The notes under the pieces were generated by a model that did not search any database, was not told where the DNA came from, and worked only from the letters and a program-made list of their open reading frames with translations. Positions 55,962-64,000 of a stretch of 64,000 nucleotides of DNA are shown in pieces. Position numbers and translations under genes: made by a program. The stretch spans positions 166,098,001-166,162,000 of the forward strand of contig OX597815.1 in the NCBI GenBank assembly GCA_951406725.2, read 5' to 3'. How positions within the stretch are numbered: position 1 is the stretch's first letter; every line of letters begins with the position of its first letter. The stretch is from Octopus vulgaris (Eukaryota).

Positions 55962-56605
55962 GTCTTTTATATATTGAGAACTATGTGAACGTTTGAACAT
56001 AAAACATCGGAAGTTGCGGAATGTGTTATAGAACCAACACCACATCCTAGTTTCACTACTCATTTGAAACCGATTCATTTTACGTATGTTACTTACGCCC
56101 TTGGGATATTTATGAAGGTGACAAATCTAGTTTCTCTTTTGGTATAAATCTATTGTTGGTTAATCTTGGAGTGAACTGCGCATAACATGTTTACATATAT
56201 TTTTTTAGTAAAGGAAGACGTGCCAATATAGAGTATGTATATTTGCATGCATCGCTTTGTTAAATACGAAATACAAACACTGTATACATTTATGGGTCTG
56301 TACATAACGAAGAAATCAATATTTACGAAAAGAGAATGATTGCTTCAGAATTATGAAATATGTTTTCCAATCGTTGAGTCTACGACGAGCTGGTTATTCC
56401 TTGCTCATACACACACACATATACGCACACACGCACACACACACACACACACATGCACATACACACGTGCATGCACACACACACGTGCATGCACACACAC
56501 ACGTGCATGCACACACACACACGCACATGCACACACATATATCTGTGTGTGTGTATGCATGTATGTACGTATGTATGTATATGTGTTTATATGTGTGTAT
56601 GTATA

Positions 56606-56641
<36 letters not shown>

Positions 56642-56725
56642 TGTATGTATGTATGTATGTATGACTCGTGTTTTGCGGAAAAGCATAAACATCACAGCGC
56701 AAAACAACCAATTCCTGTTCTGTAG

Positions 56726-56805
56726 AAGTGCGTGTATATTAGATTATCATGCGAAAATCCATATACAAGAGATCATTGAAGTCAGAGAAAAGGAATCTGT
56801 GACAG
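56726..56805 (+). CDS. Candidate 80-nt internal coding exon (SACILDYHAKIHIQEIIEVREKESVT), product unknown
   Basis: Pyrimidine tract ttcctgttctgtAG before, consensus CAG|GTGAGT donor after, an open frame and non-repetitive sequence. Confidence 0.35.
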
Positions 56806-56920
56806 GTGAGTTTGGGACGAATGAGTCAGAAGCAGACGAGTTTAAGGCAGGTGAGTCGAGAGCAAGCGATTTGGTAACTAGTGAATCTAGAGCGTGTGTT
56901 TATAACATAATTCTGCATCC

Positions 56921-58920
56921 CGATAACTCTCTTTATGTTTATAACCCTTTTCCTAGCTGTTTAGCCTCCTGCAGCCTCGATAACTCTCTTTCCTAGCTGT
57001 TTAGTTTCTTGCAGTCTCGATAACTCACACTTCTAGCTGTTTAGCCTTCTGCAGCTTCGATAACCTCTTTCCTAACTGTTTTGCCTCCTGCATCCTTGAT
57101 AACTCTCTTTTCTAGCTGTTTAGCCTCCCACAACCTCGATAACTCTCTTTCCTAACTGTTTAGCCTCCCACAACCTCGATAACTCTCTTTCCTAACTGTT
57201 TAGCCTCCCACAACCTCGATAACTCTCTTTCCTAACTGTTTAGCCTCCCACAACCTCGATAACTCTCTTTCCTAACTGTTTAGCCTCCCACAACCTCGAT
57301 AACTCTCTTTCCTAACTGTTTAGCCTCTCACAACCTCGATAACTCTCTTTCCTAACTGTTTAGCCTCCCACAACCTCGATAACTCTCTTTCCTAACTGTT
57401 TAGCCTCCCACAACCTCGATAACTCTCTTTCCTAACTGTTTAGCCTCCCACAACCTCGATAACTCTCTTTCCTAACTGTTTAGCCTCCCACAACCTCGAT
57501 AACTCTCTTTCCTAACTGTTTAGCCTCCCACAACCTCGATAACTCTCTTTCCTAACTGTTTAGCCTCCCACAACCTCGATAACTCTCTTTCCTAACTGTT
57601 TAGCCTCCCACAACCTCGATAACTCTCTTTCCTAACTGTTTAGCCTCCCACAACCTCGATAACTCTCTTTCCTAACTGTTTAGCCTCTCACAACCTCGAT
57701 AACTCTCTTTCCTAACTGTTTAGCCTCCCACAACCTCGATAACTCTCTTTCCTAACTGTTTAGCCTCCCACAACCTCGATAACTCTCTTTCCTAACTGTT
57801 TAGCCTCCCACAACCTCGATAACTCTCTTTCCTAACTGTTTAGCCTCCCACAACCTCGATAACTCTCTTTCCTAACTGTTTAGCCTCTCACAACCTCGAT
57901 AACTCTCTTTCCTAACTGTTTAGCCTCCCACAACCTCGATAACTCTCTTTCCTAACTGTTTAGCCTCCTGCAGCCTCGATAACTCTCTTTCCTAACTGTT
58001 TAGCCTCCCACAACCTCGATAACTCTTTTCTAGCTGTTTAGCCTCCCACAACCTCGATAACTCTCTTTCCTAACTGTTTAGCCTCCCACAACCTCGATAA
58101 CTCTCTTTTCTAGCTGTTTAGCCTCCCACAACCTCGATAACTCTCTTTCTTAGCTGTTTAGTCCCCTGGTGCCTCGATAACTCTCTTTCCTAACTGTTTA
58201 GCCTCCCACAACCTCGATAACTCTTTTCTAGCTGTTTAGCCTCCCACAACCTCGATAACTCGATAACTCTTTTCTAGCTGTTTAGCCTCCCACAACCTCG
58301 ATAACTCTTTTCTAGCTGTTTAGCCTCCCACAGCCTCGATAACTCTCTTTCCTAACTGTTTAGCCTCCCACAACCTCGATAACTCTCTTTCCTAACTGTT
58401 TAGCCTCCCACAACCTCGATAACTCTCTTTTCTAGCTGTTTAGCCTCCTGCAGCCTCGATAACTCTCTTTCCTAACTGTTTAGCCTCCCACAACCTCGAT
58501 AACTCTTTTCTAGCTGTTTAGCCTCCCACAACCTCGATAACTCTCTTTTCTAGCTGTTTAGCCTCCCACAACCTCGATAACTCTCTTTCTTAGCTGTTTA
58601 GTCCCCTGGTGCCTCGATAACTCTCTTTCCTAACTGTTTAGCCTCCCACAACCTCGATAACTCTTTTCTAGCTGTTTAGCCTCTCACAACCTCGATAACT
58701 CTTTTCTAGCTGTTTAGCCTCCCACAACCTCGATAACTCTTTTCTAGCTGTTTAGCCTCCCACAACCTCGATAACTCTTTTCTAGCTGTTTAGCCTCCCA
58801 CAGCCTCGATAACTCTCTTTCCTAACTGTTTAGCCTCCCACAACCTCGATAACTCTCTTTCTTAGCTGTTTAGTCCCCTGCAGCCTCGATAACTCTCTTT
58901 CCTTGTTGTTTAACCTCTTA
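56921..58920. repeat. 40-bp minisatellite, roughly 50 units (aactctctttcctaactgtttagcctcccacaacctcgat)
   Basis: Homogeneous core 57121-58020, variant units toward both edges, and no unique spacers. Confidence 0.98.
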
Positions 58921-59169
58921 CATCCGTTATCGAGCAGCCCTGACTGTCTCTTATTTTTATATATCTAGAAGAAAATTTCAGAAAAGATTTCCTTGTAAAT
59001 AAATGAGGAAGATTTTCTTGGAAGATACACTTCGTTACCTAAATGCTGTTGGGAGTGTCGTTTAGCCCCAAGGTTATCCGTAATCGAGCAGATTTTTGAT
59101 CAAAAACGTTACAGTATGAAAATATTATTAGACTTGGATGAGGGTAGTCGACATTACTTAGTAAGGAAC

Positions 59170-59390
59170 ATAGGACCGGTGTCCGGGTTTCTCTGGCGTA
59201 TTTATATATTCCTACATGGATGCGACGCCCGTCTGTCGCAGGATTATTCATTTTTACCAGTTGAGTGGACTGGAGCAATATGAAATGAAGTGTTTTGCTC
59301 AAGAGCACAACACATCTCCGGCCCAAGAATCAGAACAACAATCTTACGATCATGAGCCCCACACCCTAATCACTAAGCCATGCGCCTACA
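59170..59390 (-). mobile_element. SINE family D-like, old copy
   Basis: Homologous to 37574-37850. Confidence 0.8.
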
Positions 59391-59792
59391 CTTCATTAAA
59401 CATACAGGCCTGTTTTATCCAACATGTACTACTTTAAAAACGCTAATGTGTAGTTTGAAAGTGTGTCTGCTGTTTCTCGCAGATCGAACAATCGCACAAA
59501 GGCCACATTCGTTGGTTCTTACGAAAATCTTGCTATTATTGCTTAATTCCAGATCAACATATCTGACTAGATCTAAGATTTAAGGAGTTCCAACTATGAT
59601 CGTTACGTCTTTTTCTTCCTTATTTTGTTTTCAGACATAGGCTATCTAGAACTACATTTATCCATTATAATTATCCATAACTTTTAAGAATGGCAATGTT
59701 TGGATTCTGGGCGACTTGGTTAGCATTTTACCATACTGTGCACCTCCATAGGAAGCCCACTCGTTGGTCTCTTTTCTCTTCCTATATTATGA

Positions 59793-60180
59793 GTGGAGGC
59801 ACAATGGCCCAGTGGTTAGGGCAGCGGACTCGCGGTCGTAGGATCGCGGTTTCGATTCCCAGACCGGGCGTTGTGAGTGTTTATTGAGCGAAAACACCTA
59901 AAGCTCCACGAGGCTCCGGCAGGGGATGGTGGTGATCCCTGCTGTACTCTTTCACCACAACTTTCTCTCACTCTTACTTCCTGTTTCTGTTGTACCTGTA
60001 TTTCAAAAAGGCCGGCCTTGTCACTCTCTGTGTCACGCTGAATATCCCCGAGAACTACGTTAAGGGTACACGTGTCTGTGGAGTGCTCAGCCACTTACAC
60101 GTTAATTTCACGAGCAGGCTGTTCCGTTGAATCGGATCAACCGGAACCCTCGTCGTCCTAACCGACGGAGTGCTTCCATC
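59793..60180 (+). mobile_element. SINE family A, full length (third tail type)
   Basis: tRNA-like A/B boxes. Near-identical to 61815-62200. Confidence 0.95.
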
Positions 60181-60518
60181 ATTACGAGGCCATAGGCACG
60201 GTGAGTCTTGTAGGAAGACACAGAAAGTGGTGTAAGCATTTTTGATGTTTGTAGTTTTTATTCTCATTGCTCTTGTGACTACTGTTGGGGTTTATGGTGT
60301 TGTTGTGTTGCTGTGGGGTGTTTGTAGTAGAGCGGTTGTTGTTGGTTGTATTGCCACAACGTATAAATTGGTAAACAGCGTGTTTATTTCGATCGCAATA
60401 ACTGTTGCGCTCAAACGTGTATTCAAAGCTGCCGATGACATGTTTAGAGGTGCGTATATGCATGCATATTCATGCACACGAACAACCACATGTATCTCTC
60501 TCTCTCTCTCTCTCTTTC

Positions 60519-60617
<99 letters not shown>

Positions 60618-61548
60618 ATCTATATAGAGGGTGAGTACTTGATAATTGTAAGCACCTGTATATACCGTTTGGTACTAATGTGAGTGTATGTATGTACGTA
60701 CGTGTGCGCGTCGGTTCGTGTACCCAACTACATGCACCTTTTTCTATATATATATCTGTATATGTTTACACGAGAGTACGTATGTATGCTTGTATGCGTG
60801 TAGTTGCGTATGCGTGCGTATATGTGCGCGTGTATATGGGTGTATGTATCCATGCGGGTACGTATGTACATGATGACCACTTAATACGTTACGAAGAACT
60901 AGATAAGCGGCTCAACAACTCTAATTTACAATACACTAGGTCCCCGGACGCCCCGGTTGATTTATGACACCCAAGGCTTCTACAACCAGAATTTGTCATT
61001 TTCCTGACCACCATGTTTGGTCCGTAACTACTATATATCCCTTATCCTTATATTCTTTTACATTCCTACACTCTTATACCCTTTATACTTCTGATAATTT
61101 TTTTAATTTTTTTAATTTTTTATTTTTTATTTCTTTATTGTTTTATTTTTTATTTTTTTATAACTTTATACCTTTATATTCATTTATATTTTTTATATTT
61201 TTTATATCCCTTTATATCTTTATACTCTACATTTTTATATTTTTCTATACTTACACTTTTTATATATTTTTTATCCTTCATCCTGAATTCTCGCCCCTCC
61301 ATCTTTATCTCTATTTGCTCTTATTACCAGGTTCCTTCACGTCTGTCTGTATTTATATATGTATATATATATTTATTCATTTATTTATATTACCTCAACA
61401 TCCAAACTTCCTCATTCTACATTGAGAGAAGGACGAGATGGACGCTTCATTTTTATGCTGTTGAGAGGATTCGTACGCGAATGAGAGGATTTGCATCCCC
61501 AACGTAGAATTTTTGATGTAATACATGTCCTTGAGGTAGTAGTTGTGC

Positions 61549-61626
61549 GCGGCTGAAGAAGGCCACAGACACACATTATGCATTGTTATAAATCCGTTTA
61601 ATAAAGGCCCGAAACATATGTACCGC
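61549..61626 (+). ncRNA. Minimal type I hammerhead ribozyme candidate with intact core
   Basis: gcgg-CTGAAGA-aggcc...ggccc-GAAA-catatg-TA-ccgc. Stem I is 4 bp and stem II 4 bp (A-C at 10.1/11.1). Palindromic ACATATGT forms stem III, with a GUA cleavage triplet. Confidence 0.7.
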
Positions 61627-61699
61627 TGAATCCTTGGCATCATGTTTTTATTTTGATTAATTTATATATATATATATATTTATATATTTATTTTGATTA

Positions 61700-61734
<35 letters not shown>

Positions 61735-61814
61735 TTATATATTTATTTTGATTAATTTATATATATATATATATATTTATATATATACATATATATATAT
61801 ATATACATATGATG

Positions 61815-62437
<623 letters not shown>

Positions 62438-62999
62438 TTAAAGAAGAAGGGGAGTGACCATGGCCGCTTTTAAAGTCTTACAAGACTGACTTCCGTCCAC
62501 CAAATTTCGCCGCTCACGTAGCTTTGGTCGAATCGAGACTTTTGCAGAATACACTTTGCTCAAGGTGCGGGACACTAAGTGGATAAGAATCAAACTTCCT
62601 ACCTACACAAATATGCCTGCTCTTCAAAAAACGATATGAAATAGCTTCAAACTGGGAATCGAAACCGCATCGTGGTGTTTAGCTCAACGGGAGTTTCCGA
62701 ATTACTTTGCAATGCACAATATATCGCCAAAATAAATAACGGAATCGTTGTGACAACACCAAAACAAACAAATACTGGGAAGCGACTGAGTTTATATATA
62801 GATATATAAAGATAAAGCTTAAATATTAAAAGGAAAAACAAAAAGGAGTGTTTCATGGCTCTGTGTGTTCCTTTCTTCCACAAAATGCCGTCGTAGCGGT
62901 TAACCACAGACATCAAAACGTTGAAATCCAAACGGGTCTTATCAACGTACCATAACCACAACCACTTTTCTATGTGCGTGCGTACATGTGTGTGTTGTG

Positions 63000-63059
<60 letters not shown>

Positions 63060-63135
63060 GGTCCTGAGCTTCGTGTATAGCGTTTGTGAAACGCGGCGCT
63101 CTCAGCTTTTGAGTCACTTTGGAACTTCTGCCGAT

Positions 63136-63176
<41 letters not shown>

Positions 63177-63288
63177 GTATGTATGTATACTTACAAATCT
63201 TTCTCATCTTTCTGTTTCTCTCTTCGTCTGTCTCGCTTTCTGAACACACACACAAATATATACATATTCACATACATATAGAAATGTG

Positions 63289-63375
<87 letters not shown>

Positions 63376-64000
63376 ATATGCCCGCGCCCACTGGAGTCTG
63401 ACGAGTCGTCTATACGCATACACATACATACATATATACACGTACAGACGCACTCGCGCACACACACACTCACACACACACAACACACACACATATACAC
63501 ACATACACACATCGTCCAGCGTTATAACCACAACTTCCGCACGATTAAACTAACAACACTTAACACTGTTTCAACATCACCACCACCACCACCACCACCA
63601 CTTCATCATTCAAATTGTCGGATATTCCTCCCCCCTCTCTCACCATTACCATATTCTTTTCTTTCTTTTTCCTGCATCACTTCTCCAGCTTCATTTCAGA
63701 CTTTCTACGTTCCCCCCCCCCTTTTTTTTCTTTCTCTCTCCTTTGTCGTATATAGATTTGTCTGTCTCTCTATATAATATTCTCATGCGTTCTCTCTTTG
63801 TTTCTCTGTCTCACTCTCTCTCTCTCTCGCTTTCTGTCTCTCTCTCTCTATCTCACTCCTTCTATGTCTGGCTGTCTCGCTCCCCCCTCTCTCTCTCTCC
63901 TTCCTTGTCTCTCTGTATTTCAGTTTTTCTTCTGTGTTTTTCTGACCTTCATAATTAAGAAACCGCAAAGGTCGGCGAACTGGTAGAATTGTTGAGTGGG

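Noticed and set aside
56921-58920. CRISPR-like array
   Set aside because: The units are contiguous with no unique spacers, there are no cas genes, and the context is eukaryotic.
59793-59870. tRNA gene
   Set aside because: It has tRNA-like A/B boxes but no proper acceptor stem and continues into a SINE body in all copies.

Overview
This is eukaryotic, AT-rich DNA saturated with microsatellites and transposons. The tRNA-derived SINE repertoire and repeat style suggest an octopus or another coleoid cephalopod; this is an inference, not a database result. There is no intact cellular gene, and almost all listed ORFs are translations of simple repeats. Supported content includes at least four SINE families in many copies; LINE relics of the R4/Dong-like (REL), CR1, RTE and Tx1/L1 types; a full-length but decayed IR-DR Tc1 element; mariner, maT-like and pogo-like relics; Helitron pieces, one with a PIF1 helicase remnant; and a ~2 kb 40-bp minisatellite. 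The most interesting signals are five: (1) five minimal type I hammerhead-ribozyme-like motifs in (TA)n-embedded, Penelope-like tails; (2) retroelement ends that sit repeatedly in specific microsatellites, namely (CATA)n, (TAA)n and (ATC)n/(TATC)n; (3) 3' tails shared between LINEs and SINEs; (4) a duplication-plus-foldback rearrangement at 10.3-10.9 kb; and (5) a MiT/TFE + ETS motif cluster and one candidate 80-nt exon, suggesting the window may lie inside a large-intron gene. All coordinates were read by eye, and element boundaries are approximate unless termini or TSDs are quoted.
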